A DNA stretch of 63,377 bases, filler included, from Folioceros fuciformis (GCA_049999805.1; 6 parts of 6 records of this genome joined end to end with filler, not necessarily neighbours in it); one strand, 5' to 3'; numbered from the whole stretch's first letter, positions 24,074 through 36,453 are shown. Notes: generated from the sequence alone by a model not told the origin. Program-made: numbers and translations.

Positions 24074-27000
24074 TTAAAATCGTGAGGGCTTGAATGGAAC
24101 ACCAAGCAGTCCGGTGTACTTGATCAACATCTCTTCATATCTGCCACACACCTGACGCAAGTCTGAACGTTTTAGACCGCAGTTGACATTAAGAAAGTCT
24201 GTGGCATATCCAAAACTGTATTGTTACCTGATAGACCTCAGAAAGTTCAATTTTAAGATCATCGACCTCCCTCGATACTCTTCCATTAGCTGCTGAGTTC
24301 CTCAATCTCACAGTTTCCGCCTGCAGGTTCTCGATGTTTTCTCTCAAATGCAGACAGCAGTGCTGCCCTGTTGCGTCACTGGTCTTCTCGTGCAGCGAAT
24401 TCAGCTCACTATCTCGTCTGTCCAGCTGTATGTTGAGGTTGGAAATAGCCTGGATTTTCTGGCTCAACTCTTGCTGCAGCTGCTGCAACTGTGCCGCTTG
24501 CTCTTCCAATCTAAGTGCCAGGTCAGGATCGTTCTTTGCATTGTTCATGGAGCTCCGCACATCGCCTTTGCAATGCTTCACGCTTTCGTTCATATTTTGG
24601 GCGAGGAGGGTGTTCTCCTTGGCAGGTTTCAGTGCAACAGTACTTGCAAGCTGAACAGCAAAGCCAGATGCCATATTAGTGGTATCTAGTATATGTGGGT
24701 GAGACAGTTTATTACGAGGTTGAGCCAATTTCGGAACCTTCTCCTTGAGGTTTGCACAGCAAGTGTTCAGCTTCGCCAATGCTTGGATCCAGGTTGAATT
24801 GCCAGACCATCGTTTGAGACCTACCCTCAAGCCTGAAGAAATCCATGGAGTCTGATGAGACGAAGGCAAACCGTGAACATGCGAATCAGATGGAGAACTG
24901 AGAGTTCAGAAGCTACCCCGACCTTTGAGGATGTCCTCCATAGTGGTCAGCTCCAGGAAAGAATCAAGTTTACTGACTCTAGCAACTTCGCCTTGGAGCT
25001 CCTTAAGAGCTTTATTCACCTCCTTGTTCTTCTTCACAAGACTCATGTACTTCAAATTGCTTGGTCGCGTCTCCCTCAAAAGGTTATTTTCATTCCTCAA
25101 CTGCTCCACATCGTTTTTCAAACATGCAATAGCAGTTTCTGGATCTAACCCAAAACTAGTCTCCAATTGACACCTGTCACTGGATACCATGTTTCCATGG
25201 GTAGTGACACGAAGTTTTCTCTTGGATAACAGCTTGCACTGAGCGCCGTCATGTGTAAAGCCCAACTCCAATATCAAAGACTCGTTGGCAAACACTATCT
25301 TCCTGTCACCAGTTGCCTCATCGCTGTTCTGTGTAAATGCCTGGATTTGTTTTAGCCAATCCTCATGCCTACCTAAACTACATTCTGGAACACCACGGGT
25401 GTTTGATATCAGTCTGAGCTCATAGAACTCTGGATCTTTTTCCTCAGATGAAACACATCCCGGGCTTGCTCTGGTTTTCTGAAGTTTAGGGGTCTTCATT
25501 TCCGCATTTGAAGTGGCATAGTCGTCTGTTGTCTTCTGAACCTCAACCACCTTTTTCTTTCCTGAAGTAGCTAGCTTGAGCTCTGCCCTAAGAGCCCGTT
25601 CCTCCATGATCTGTAGCTTTTCTTCAAAGAACTGCTTGTTTGTCTCACTGACGTTCAAATCTTCTTGACACTGCGTCAGTTTTTTCTGTGTCTCCTTGAT
25701 CCGGCCCAGGAGTTTGGCATGCACTTCTTTCGTATCCATATCCCTAGCTGATTGCGTAAGGCACAGATCATCAAAAACATCTGCAGCCCCAGAACTGGCT
25801 CTTACCCCACGAAACTTGGATGATAGTTGTTGGTAAGTATGCTGTAGCTTGCAGATCTTGGCTGTTAGATCATGGACAACCTCTTTCAGCTTCACTGCCT
25901 TGGCATCAGCCTGAGAGCTTTCTGAACTTGGATTGCGAATTTTAGCTTCCAATTTCTTGTTCCGTTGTTGGGCAAGTTCAAAAACCATGCCCTGAACTCT
26001 CTTGCGCTCGCTCTCTAGCTCCTGCTCCAACTTTCTCACCTGGAACGGAATATCAGTCAATGCGGATTTAGACAGTGTCCTTTGCACAACAGCATCACTG
26101 GAGAAAAGACTAATGTATGAGCCAGTTCTGTGTGTAGTACTTTCACACTCTCCAATCCAGCTTCAACACCACCATGAGATGGTGTGCTCTTCAAATACCG
26201 GACCTCCTTCTTTAACTTGGTGACAAGGTCCTCCAGGTATTGTGACTTCCTTCGCGCTCGTTCATAGTGCTGAGCTATGCTCCTTTGAAGGTTTCCATCA
26301 ATGCTTGACTCTAAGGCACGAGCAAGCTGAAGCTGCAGCTCCTTATTCTGATCCGCTAATTGTCGTACTTTGCATTCCTTGACACCTGCAAAGTCGGCCT
26401 CACTGAGTTAACTTGATTTCTCTTCAGTCTAATGTCGGAAACTGCCCGCAATAAACTGACAGCAAAGCGTCTGCTTCCTCCGCCCAGCTGTTTCTAATAC
26501 ACAGCCAGGTCTGGAGAAACGTCCAAGGAAATCTCGAACCTTACTAAGTCTCAGCTTGAGCTTCTCCACGAATGCCTCTGATCTTCTGGGGCAGGGTGAA
26601 TGTGGCACGAGCTGAAGTTCCTGCAGTACTCAGAGACGATTTGCTTTCCGCTGTGCCGAGCCTCGTGTACCAACCTCAAGATTCTGAGCTGGATCACTCA
26701 TACCTGTGGCCTCGTATCTTTCCGTCGAGCCTGCTTACTTTCAGCGATTTCACCTTCCAGGTCTCGGCATCTTACATAAAAATCACGCGTCAAATTGTTG
26801 AGAATCTGAAAAACAGCCCTCTGATACATCCTCAAGGAGTGATACAAGCTGTGACTACTTGCACTAGGCATAACAGTGTGACCACGTCGAGGTCCAGACA
26901 GAGACTCAGCATCAAATAACACCATACCGTTTTTTCCATGAGTCCAAGCTTTCATGGAGTTCCTCAACCTTGCGATCATGTTTCGCCAGGAGGCCACTAA

Positions 27001-27654
27001 GTTTGTCATCAAGGAGACCTGCTAAATCAGCCGCCAACCCTTTGGCTGCTTCCGGTTTTTCCTTTATCATATCCTACCAGCTCCCACAATGTCCATCAGC
27101 AACCATAGTGTTGACAAACAATTGACAGCTGTGATACCCTAAAGATGTAATCACCTTCAAAGCAACCTTCACATCCTGCAAGCTGCGTTCATCTCTGAGA
27201 GACAGAACATTGTGCAAGCATGCAATTTCTTTCCCCTCCACATCCTTCTGGTCCAGGGCGGTTTCACAGGCAGCCCCAATGGCCTTCTGCAAAGACATGA
27301 CAAGCTTCTCCTTCTCTCGAAGCTTTGCACGCAGCCGTCTGACGGTAGCGTGCTCCACCATAAAGTTTTTCTGCAACTCAAAACCCCAACACCAAGCTTT
27401 CTCACAGCCTGCCTCATCAAAAATTCAAGTTCCACCATCGCCAACTGTTATACCTGAGCTAGACGTATAGTATCCCCGTTCTTATCCTCTGCAACATCCT
27501 TCGAGAACAAAGTATCCTGAAAATGGTCCTGCATTTCAAACAGAGTGGCCCCAAACCTTTCCAGGACATCTGCCTTCACGCTCTCGGAGACATTGCCGCC
27601 TATCTTCAACACGACAGGCTTGGAATCCTCCATTTGAACGAGCATAGGTTGCAA
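24074..27654 (-). CDS. Multi-exon long coiled-coil protein, possibly CEP290-related (C-terminal part)
   Basis: Heptad-rich minus-strand exons (ORFs 27654-27448, 27376-27074, 27012-26698, 26087-24906, 24869-24189) separated by GT-AG introns. The last intron, 24152-24227, gives EVDDLKIELSEVYQ|VCGRYEEMLIKYTGLLGVPFKPSRF*. The 5' end is not resolved, and the CEP290 similarity is from memory of motifs. Confidence 0.6.
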
Positions 27655-28606
27655 GGAACACCACTACGGCATCAACCAGCCATAGTGCCAGAGCAATTGC
27701 CGAGCTCAGGACTTCATAACCAAGGGCATCTTACTGCAGCACAAAGGCTGCTTTCCTGTCCTTCCGAAAAATCCCATAAGCAGAAGCTCCAACATTTGCT
27801 CACACTCTGGGAGTTCTGGGACCACCAGGTCAGTCACGATCCGATCCTGTTGCTCCCAGGGCCCCTCAGAATGGGATCATCGGTATGGAGGTAGAAATTC
27901 CTGACATTCCTCAAGCATCAGCGTCCGCCAAAACATGATCCCATGCACTTGCTGACGCGCAGGCCCATCCAGCACAAGCCTGGATCAGACGAACATGAAT
28001 CAGATGCATCCTGCAAATGTTCTAGCTAGGGTTTCCAATTTCTCAACATTCGACTCGAGTCGTCTTCGCAACGGTCATGACGTGCGACAGCCTTTACGCC
28101 AGTCACGCACCATATTGACCTGATCTCTCCTTTGCCAACGGTCTTCGCCCCGTCCGCCGTGGCAGCAGCGGCGACCAGTTCAGCTTGAGAGATTGTGAGC
28201 TGCGATTGTTGTCACCGCCAAGAATCTTGATTCAATGGTGGCGGCGGAAGGTGTTGGGACAGCCGCAATCGGGAAGGCTTGGACTGGAAGATTTGTGTGG
28301 GATCTTTGTGTTGCGGCTCATCGCATCTCGACGGTCTCTGAAATGTGGTCACTATCAATCCAGTGAGCCATTTCTTGGCAATCCGGTTGCGACCTGTCGT
28401 TCTGACCTCGAATTTTGCAGAAGCTCTTTTCCACTTCGATGCGCCAGAAGTTGCAAACGGACTCTGGCGTTAGCGGTAAGGCCAACCGTCTCCGGTTGCT
28501 AATCAGTCGATTCAGGTGGCAGACATAGGAGACGCTTTGCAGCATTTGTCCGTCTGTGAGCTCCTTCAAAGATGACCCCCGGCACAAGGACCTGGGCGGA
28601 CACGTA

Positions 28607-29128
28607 ATGAGAACACAGCCCGGGGAATCACTCTGTTCCCACAACGTTGCCGAGATGTCTGAAGGCAGCGCATACTCTGAGGTTCTGCACGCAGGAAGTC
28701 CGAAGGCATGTGATCATGTTGAAGCAAGTAGTGGTGGTACAGGAAACTGCGAAGGAGCGTCTCCTTCGCATTGTAGACAACTGGCTCCCGTGACACCAGA
28801 AGAAGCTGACATCCGGCGTCGAACATCTCCACATAGCCTCATGTCTCTGTCTGGAGTGGGTGGGAGGGGCGTAAGCAAGGACCATCCCTTGATTACTCAA
28901 ATAAACACAGAGGTGACGAATTCTGAGGAGCAGGACCGGATTGCTAAGCGGATCCCATTTCTTAGGAGGGGAATCGGAGCTGAATGTGCGGTGGTCGGAG
29001 AAACGAGCCCAGACAGACCTACGCCAGATGAGTTGCACCCTCCCGGTGCCCCAGTCAAGCCGAGGAGGGAACCTGCCGCAAGAAGGGGCTTGCATGGCAC
29101 AGGACCGCGACGCAGGCTGAACTTCTGA
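28607..29128 (+). CDS. Putative SIAMESE-RELATED (SMR11/16-like) CDK inhibitor
   Basis: An intronless low-complexity ORF with APVTP, PPGAPVKP and C-terminal RRRLNF*, in the order of the PxTP / CPGAPxKP / RKLxF motifs of SMR11-like proteins. The first ATG is 28607. Confidence 0.55.
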   Translation: MRTQPGESLCSHNVAEMSEGSAYSEVLHAGSPKACDHVEASSGGTGNCEGASPSHCRQLAPVTPEEADIRRRTSPHSLMSLSGVGGRGVSKDHPLITQINTEVTNSEEQDRIAKRIPFLRRGIGAECAVVGETSPDRPTPDELHPPGAPVKPRREPAARRGLHGTGPRRRLNF

Positions 29129-29526
29129 AGCTTAGAGGAGTAAAGTATTGGTAGATATTGTACAGCTCGGTGGTTTGGCATCAGAAGCATGTCAGTGTGG
29201 GACCACCTTTAGTGGGTGGGAGAGGGATTGGAGGACGCTTTCGACGGGAGGGGAACGGCTATGGTTACTGCCGGACGAATGTTACTTTAACTGCTTTCCG
29301 GGGTAGAAAGGTCAAGGTCACGACAGGCTGTGGAACGGGCAAGAAACGCGGAGAACATGGCTTGATCGGATTGTCGGTGATCTCCGATATCCCGTGTGCT
29401 CCTGTGCACGATCTCTATCATGGCTGCCACCAACGTCCACTATATCTACACCCAGGCCGGGCCGTCTCCCTCATTCACAAATCTCATCAACCTTCCTCCT
29501 GCTCTTCCAAGCTCCGCTCAACAGCC

Positions 29527-30081
29527 ATGTCTTTCTTCAGCAAGGTTCAGGGTCTTGCCAAGGCAGCCTCCGGCAGCCAGGAGGGTGGTGGAACCTTCAC
29601 CGAGGTGACCCAATTGGCTTCCTCCTTCGTCTCTTCGGAAGCCCCCCCTGCTGCAGCCCCGCCTGCTGCAGCACCAGATGCAGCCCCTGGTCCAGCTGCT
29701 GTTTCGGGAGCAGACCCGTCCTACCAGGAACTGTTCAGCAGCGCCCAGGTGGTGTTCGCAGCCGCATCCAACAAAGGCGAGAATGTGGACTACAGCAAGC
29801 TAGCGGGGGCAGCATCCAACATTCTGGACGGCATCTCTTCAAAAACGTCGCTGGACGAGGGCGCGTACGGCACCTACATCACCCAGGCCAAGGGATATCT
29901 GAGCGGCTACGAGAAGAGCCACACTGCTGCTGCTCCAGCTCCTGAAGCCGCTGCTCCTCCTCCTCCAGCTCCTGAAGCCGCTGCTCCTCCTCCTCCAGCT
30001 CCTGAAGCCGCTGCTCCACCTCCAGCTGCTGACGCTGCTCCTGCGGCTCCCGCTCCTGAAGACCACCAACCTCAGCCCTGA
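29527..30081 (+). CDS. Nodulin-related protein 1 (NRP1)-like protein with Pro/Ala-rich flanks
   Basis: The core ELFSSAQVVFAAA..VDYSKLAGAASNILD..LDEG..GTYITQAKGYLSGYE resembles the NRP1/NRP2 family. The ATG is in good context (gccATGt). Confidence 0.75.
   Translation: MSFFSKVQGLAKAASGSQEGGGTFTEVTQLASSFVSSEAPPAAAPPAAAPDAAPGPAAVSGADPSYQELFSSAQVVFAAASNKGENVDYSKLAGAASNILDGISSKTSLDEGAYGTYITQAKGYLSGYEKSHTAAAPAPEAAAPPPPAPEAAAPPPPAPEAAAPPPAADAAPAAPAPEDHQPQP
29933..30030 (+). repeat. Coding 30-bp tandem repeat (PAPEAAAPPP) x3
   Basis: ccagctcctgaagccgctgctcctcctcct is repeated. Confidence 0.9.
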
Positions 30082-31693
30082 AATCTGTAGAGTGCGTCTT
30101 TAGCACCGGAGCTCGCATCTGTCTTAAGAGACGATATGCGACCTCACTCTTAGTACAGTTCTTCCTTAGAGTGTACGTACTTCAGTCACAAAATGCAATG
30201 CCTGTGGGTCGTGTTACATAAATGTATGACACTGCGCTTCTCAAGGACCATTTGTCAGTGCTGTGCACCTTGCAATCCACGTTGTCGGGGACACATCCAG
30301 CGTACTGTGTGCAGTCGAAAACTCGAGTGGCAGGTACGAAAGTATTTCACGTTTCTGAGCATGTTCGTTGGCCAGTTCGTCTTGGGCTAGCTCTCCATAC
30401 TTCACGGGCAACCAATGCTACACAAAAGGGTACATAGCCATATCCACCCGAGCTGTGGAACGAGAGGATTTTTCGCGGCCCTTGAGGACTGTCGAACAGG
30501 ATGGTAAATCCAGGTTGTTAGTTTCTGAAGATTGGATAAGAGACAACTAGGAACTATTTTATTCAATTCTCTGACTACCCTTGGGACGGCACATCTCAAA
30601 ACTTCAACCTGAAAAAATAAATGGCCATATTCTTCAATCTAAAAGCTTTAATAATAATAATGCAAAGTGTACAAGAAGTTGAATTCCGTGAGTTTAATCG
30701 CTAGCAATCGCACTACAAAGTAAAAATCCCTCCCATCTTGCAAGGCTTTTGGCTAAGCGAGCCCTCCTCCTAGCTTTTAGCCCTCTATTGATTTTTATCG
30801 GGAATAATATTGGCACAAGATTGCCCTCCTAGCTTTTGGCTCTCTATCCATTTTTTCTTCATGCTTTGGGGTAGATGGGTTCCCATTTCTTTTTTTAATA
30901 AAATGCTCACTCTCTTGACAAACCTTTGGTTAAGTAATAAAAGCTATGTAGATAGGCCCACCGCCTAAACCTCACCCGGAGTTCATTACTTGGTTCTCGA
31001 GGGAGTGTCTGGGGGATTTGTCATTATGTACCAAGTCACATGCTCCACTCCATTGGCTAGTTAATCCATTGCCATTTGTTTGCCTTGTTTGCACCTAAAC
31101 TAGTCCCCTACGTTCTTGTGTACATACGTATCTATAGATCTATAGGTACTTGTACATATGTGTTTTTGTATTCGTCCAAGCTGCACCTCGACAATGAAGT
31201 ACATTCATGGGGCTATGGATTTTGAATGGGCTTTTGCTCTTTAGGCTTTTGGTCAATCATGAACTTCCCTTCCATGCCAAGACTGAGAGCATTTTCTGTA
31301 GCATGTCTTCCTTAAGAGCGTTATGGTATTCAAGGACCTTTAGCAACCATGATCTCAAGTGCATGGTCTCTACTCACTATAGCTTTGGAATTCCATCAAC
31401 ACTAGAACTCAAATTCCATGGAACACGACTTCTACTTATTACTAGGCTTTTAGAATTCCTTGTGCACTAGCTTTCAATTTGTATGAAGCAATAGTGCTTG
31501 CTCATGAGCATGAGGGGTTGTTAAGCTTAATTTGTTACTTCTCACTTCAATCGTGTATAAGGTACTCTTTGGCAAGGCTTTTGGCATTTTGTAACATTGT
31601 ATTTTTATCAAATACACTTCTAGTGTTTCCCACAAAGTATTCTTGTATAGCATGAGAGTCTATTCTTTACGTCTACTTCAAACGGGCTTCTTA

Positions 31694-31858
31694 TCAATGT
31701 GCACCCATGAACAATTTTTAGGGTTTAAAAACTTGCAACATCCTACCTCAAGCTTCGAGTCAATGTGCACCCATGAATATGTTTTAGGGTTTGAAAACTT
31801 GTAATCTCCTACCTCAAGCTTCTTGTCGATGTGCACCCATGAATATGTTTTAGGGTTC
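31694..31858. repeat. Tandem repeat, about 66-bp unit x2.5, cut by the TGTGAACC element
   Basis: atgtgcacccatgaa...tttagggtt occurs three times; tcctacctcaagcttc occurs twice. Confidence 0.85.
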
Positions 31859-31876
31859 TGTGAACCTCCAAAGTTT

Positions 31877-31976
31877 NNNNNNNNNNNNNNNNNNNNNNNN
31901 NNNNNNNNNNNNNNNNNNNNTTAATTAATTAANNNNNNNNNNNNNNNNNNNNNNNNNNNNNNNNNNNNNNNNNNNN
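31877..31976. other. Assembly gap with artificial linker (also at 49795-49894, 53163-53262, 56820-56919, 62208-62307)
   Basis: The same N44-TTAATTAATTAA-N44 occurs at all five sites; the 12-mer gives stops in all six frames. Confidence 0.98.
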
Positions 31977-33472
31977 AGATCCACAAGACTTACTGCAGGC
32001 ACCTCCATGGCCTTGTCCAGCAACGCCTCAACGTCTCGACCTGATCTTGACACCTTCTGTGTCGTGGAGTTTCCCTCGACCTGCCGGAAACTCTCCGGCA
32101 TCTTGGTCGATTCCCGTTCCGGCACTCCCTTCGCAGTGACGCCTTCACCAAAGTTAGCAACAGCCTTTTTCTTTTTCTTGCGCACCGCCATCATGCCAAA
32201 TGCCTCATCATCATCAGAGTCAGAGAACAAAATCCTCTGCTCTATTCTGCTGGCCATGTTGGCCATCTCCTTCTTGAGCTCCTCCACTTGCCCAAGGAGA
32301 GCCTTACGACTCGGGCCCTTGCCCTTCTCGTTCTCAGCTGATGCAAGCTTGGGCTTCAGCTCTGGATGAGCTTCCCAACACGCTGCCTCCATGTGACCCC
32401 ATCTGCCACAAGACTTACAGGCTTCCTTGCCCTTCGGACCACCTGGCTTGTAGTCGCATTCGAACGCCTTGTGCGCTCCACAACATCTGCCACACTTCAC
32501 AGCTGCTTGACCTGCATTGTTAGCTGGCCTCTCCTTCGGCGCATGTGGCTGCTTGCCATGTCCTGGGGACTGTGCTTGCTCCCGGTACTGGTACCTTGGA
32601 ACAAACCTGGAATTCCCGTGTCCTCCAGACCCGTGCTGCGAGGAGCCCTTCACGACTCCGTGATTTTCCAAGTAAGCCTGGCTTACTGCATCTCCTTTGA
32701 GCACCTTCTCAGCAATTTGGTAGGCGTCTATCAACTGATATCTTTCTCCCATCGCTCCATGCAGCGAGTCCATTACCTTCCTCCTTTGTCTGGCAGGCAA
32801 TGCTGCCATGAAGATCTCGGCAGCCTCCCTCATCGTCTTCACTCCCGTGTCTTCCACCAGAACCTTCAGTCTGAGGTAAGATGCACGCAATGTCTCGTTA
32901 GGCCTGAAAGAAAACCTCGACAGTTCCTGGATCTTTTCCAGCGAAGCTGTAGGAAACATGGTGGTTAACTTGGCGAACATCAAGTCCACCAGATGCTCGA
33001 GCTTGTCCTCGTCAGTAGGGGGTGCAGTCGAACCAGCCCTCTTGGCCGCCTCGTGCACTGCTGCTCTTCTCTCGGCCACCTTCAGGATCCCAGCCTTCTC
33101 ATCTCTGTAATACATTAGAGCCTCACCCGCAAGGTAGGATGACATCTTCATGAACGCCATCCTCTGAGTGAACTCGTCCTTGTATTTCATCTTGTTTTCC
33201 GCCATTGCCCAACGAAACTTCTCCTCGAAATCTGCAAGAGACATGCTTCCATGTTTTCCTGTGAAGACATCGTTCTTACTTGGTGTGAACTCAAGCTCCA
33301 TTCTTGCAGACTCTCCGCTCCAATCGCCAAACTGTCTCCTTGTGACTGGCGCGTTGTCTCTGTATTGTTCCGGTGTCCTCTTGAATGGCGAGTAGTAGCC
33401 GTCGTGCACTTCTCCGACTGAAGACGGCGCAGGTGTCCTTTCGTCAGTCCACCCTGATCTCAGGAACACCAT
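31977..33472 (-). CDS. Retrotransposon Gag-like protein with two CCHC zinc knuckles (3' end lost in gap)
   Basis: An open frame of about 500 aa with capsid-like segments (YLAGEALMYY; FRPNETLRASYLRLKVL) and knuckles CGRCCGAHKAFEC and CKSCGRWGHMEAAC. Confidence 0.8.
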
Positions 33473-33696
33473 CAATGGTTACTTCTCCTATGCCTGACCA
33501 CTGCACGGATGTTGTCAAAGGGCAAATTGTTTCCACCGTTAGCCCAATCAGCTAGCCAGAAAAGTACATCCACTGCCTCTATCCACAAACGACTCCAGAC
33601 GTATGCAGGCTCTTCTCCAGACAGCTCTGCTAACTCAGCAATCGTGAGACTACCACACCTAAGCCGTGTATAATCAATGGCAGAATTCCTGTCCAT
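33472..33696 (-). CDS. 74-aa ORF of unknown function whose stop overlaps the gag start codon
   Basis: It is ATG-initiated, and the junction reads CAT-TGATG-GTG on the minus strand. Confidence 0.45.
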   Translation of the reverse strand: MDRNSAIDYTRLRCGSLTIAELAELSGEEPAYVWSRLWIEAVDVLFWLADWANGGNNLPFDNIRAVVRHRRSNH

Positions 33697-35904
33697 CAGA
33701 AAAACATCAGCCTATCTCTTAGTGCTGCCTCTGCAACACCCAACCTTCTCGGATCGCAGCTGTCTCCTGGGTTGGATGGTGGACGATTTCCGCCTCTTCA
33801 ACCAATCTCCAGCGCGCCACAGTCTCCTCCAGTACCGTATCTTAGTCCCCAACAAGCGGATTGTTGATGTGGTGAAATCAAGCTGGAAAATTCTCCCAAC
33901 CTGGCAATGCAACGAACCACAAGAACCTCTAGGAGACAAAGACACAGCAGGGACGAAGTATGGCTATCTATTGGAACAAGACAAACATCAACAATCCGAG
34001 AATCCATGGCTGGGTGCCTACATATATAGGCAAAAACCCCCAGGAGTTCTCGATGAAGTGTCCACCCGTATCGATGGTGGGCACTTTATAATCCTACTTT
34101 CCTTGATTTATGATTTTTATGTATTTTCTAATATCTTCTAATATAAATCTGCTATCTATATATGCGGCATAGCACCGCGCCTTTCATGCACAACCATGCA
34201 TATAGGTTGCATGCGCCATGACACATCACCTGCCACATGTCCACATACATCACATGTCATCCTTCATCTCCATATGCATGCATACATGGCACACATGCAT
34301 ATATGGCATACATGTCATGTGCAGGCCATCCATGGGCCATGTACATGACATCATCAAGCACTTCAGCATCAGGGCTTATGCCCGAGATGCTCCAGTCAGT
34401 GTCTAGTCATTTCAGCATTCAGGGCTTATGCCCAGGATGCTCTAGTCAGTATCCAGTCATAGAGTCTTAGGTGCTCTGTTTCCCATACAGCAACAGCATG
34501 ACACCTCCCTTCGAACAAAAAGAAACCAAGTTAGACTTTCCTAGGCCGATTACCAAAATTTTCCAGTTCCACAGTCGTCTTCACACAGAGGAGATTGCTC
34601 ACGATCTCCCTCGATTCAGGTAGTAGAGATGGGTCCACAAGAGGGGTCGGCAACACTGCCAATCATTGGTGGAGAGGAGTCTTCATGGGCCACTACTGCC
34701 ATGAATGAGGAGCTGCCTAAGGACCACCACCACTGTGTTAGAAAATAGAAAATCCCAAGATCAGGTCTTGGATCAGTTCATTTCTCATAGGTAGTCCTTA
34801 CACACATATATAGCCTTAAGGCATGAACATATCTCATTAGATAAGCAATTCATCTCTAGACAACCTATGTACTCTTATGTGAACTAGATACTACCAAATC
34901 CACAACTTAACTGGTTCACTAATAACTAGAACTAGTCTAGTGTGAACCCAATGGGGATAACTATCACCACATGAGTTTAGCTCATATAGAGCTTGATAAC
35001 TCAACACACCGTCACCTACTCTGGCCTCATAATGGCAGCCAACATAGCTGTCATCAATCCTGAGCGTGCCAAAGAGAAAGATCTAAGCGAGTGGACGATG
35101 GACCGCCGAGGTGGAATAGGTTAGATAGTTTCTACTAGGCCTCGTTACTCCTTTTTGTTGGAGTAAAAAGCATAGATTGTCTAAGAGGACCCCTCTTAGA
35201 TTGAGAAGTTGTCCTCAATCACCCATTGTTTGTACTCTCGCAAGCAATAGTCGAACTACTCGTTTCTTGCTCTTTTCACCCCGCTTCAAACCCGGCCCAA
35301 CTCTTAATGGGCCTTTCACTAACTCCTGCACTCGGAGCTTGCTCTTTGGACATATGGTCAGACTTGTCCTTTGGCCCATATTGCAATTCACTGTTGTGAT
35401 TCAGCATGGTGTCCTTGCTCCAACACCTAAGTCTCTTAAGCCAACCAAACTCCAAATACTCATGGGAGCGGACTCTAGGAATAGCCTAACAACAATCACG
35501 GAATTTGTGATTGTGACCACGGAATTCACAATCGCACACAATGCTCAAGTAACATTTAACACCAAGGGAGGTTTTGATAAACCCTTTCCTTCGTTTCTTC
35601 CTCCTTTCCATTTTCTACCTTGGTACCAATTTTGTGTTCCACTATGACATTCAATGTTTTATGTTTGGTTATGTAATGGAAAAGAAGATTGCTAGCTAAT
35701 ATTATAGCACAGCTTCGTTGGGCACGACATTTTATTTAATCTAGAGCAATTGGAGAACACCTTTGATGGAAAGGTAGCATGAATATCAAGAACATAGTAC
35801 AAATATTATGGAATAGTTTCGTTGGGCAAAAAGATAACCTGGAAACGAAATATAAGCATGTAGATATCATGAGTCATTTGCTCTAAAAACAAAGTTATGC
35901 TTAC

Positions 35905-36453
35905 ATAAGTATTGAAGCATCTCCGCGTTCCATGAACCTAGAGATAGGTAATCCAAGTTTTCTTTCCATATCACCTTGATGAAACCATTCTAGAAGAAGT
36001 AATGATGCCCACCTTCTTGCCAAAAAGAAAGGCTTCATGACATTACTCAAATCTGCACATTTAATAATCATTTGACATAGTAATATTGCATCACTACTTA
36101 TGTTTGAAAATTGGGCCCTTTCATGTTGCAAAATCGTTTTTCTTTCTTCATTATTTTGGATGATAATGCTTGAATGTGGATTCCAAGTTAAGAAAAGCAG
36201 CTATATTTTGAGTGTATACAGGAAAATAAATAAATAAATAAATAATATTTTAGTAAGATACGACACCAGTTGCATTCTGTATTTGTGTAGACCTCTCAAA
36301 TTGCATGGATGTAGATTTTCTACTTAGCATTGATGACATTATTTTGCCATGTTGATCCATATCAGTTGCTAATATCAAACTTAAAACAATTTTTCGGATT
36401 TTTCTCTTTTCGTCCTCGTAAAATGAGCTCAAGATGTCCATATTTTCGTCACT
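35905..36453 (-). CDS. Two exons of a class I cyclic-nucleotide phosphodiesterase catalytic domain (partial gene)
   Basis: Exon 36453-36293 encodes IRKIVLSLILATDMDQH. Exon 36168-35905 encodes QMIIKCADLSNVMKPFFLARRWASLLLLEWFHQGDMERKLGLPISRFMER. The GT-AG intron preserves the frame. The HD-motif exons were not found. Confidence 0.85.

Larger units (their letters stand above)
31977..34503 (-). mobile_element. 5' part of a young Gypsy-type LTR retrotransposon (LTR, uORF, gag) running into a gap
   Basis: LTR at about 33862-34503 (TGTCATG...CATCAACA on the minus strand), shared with 18265-18897, followed by an open gag-like ORF. Confidence 0.8.

Noticed and set aside
29158..29526. N-terminal extension of the 307-aa ORF
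   Set aside because: It starts at a non-ATG codon and spans probable promoter and 5' UTR; family similarity and a good ATG context begin at 29527.
31921..31932. TTAATTAATTAA palindrome recurring five times at irregular spacing
   Set aside because: It is always centred in exactly 88 Ns, so it is an artificial six-frame-stop scaffold linker.
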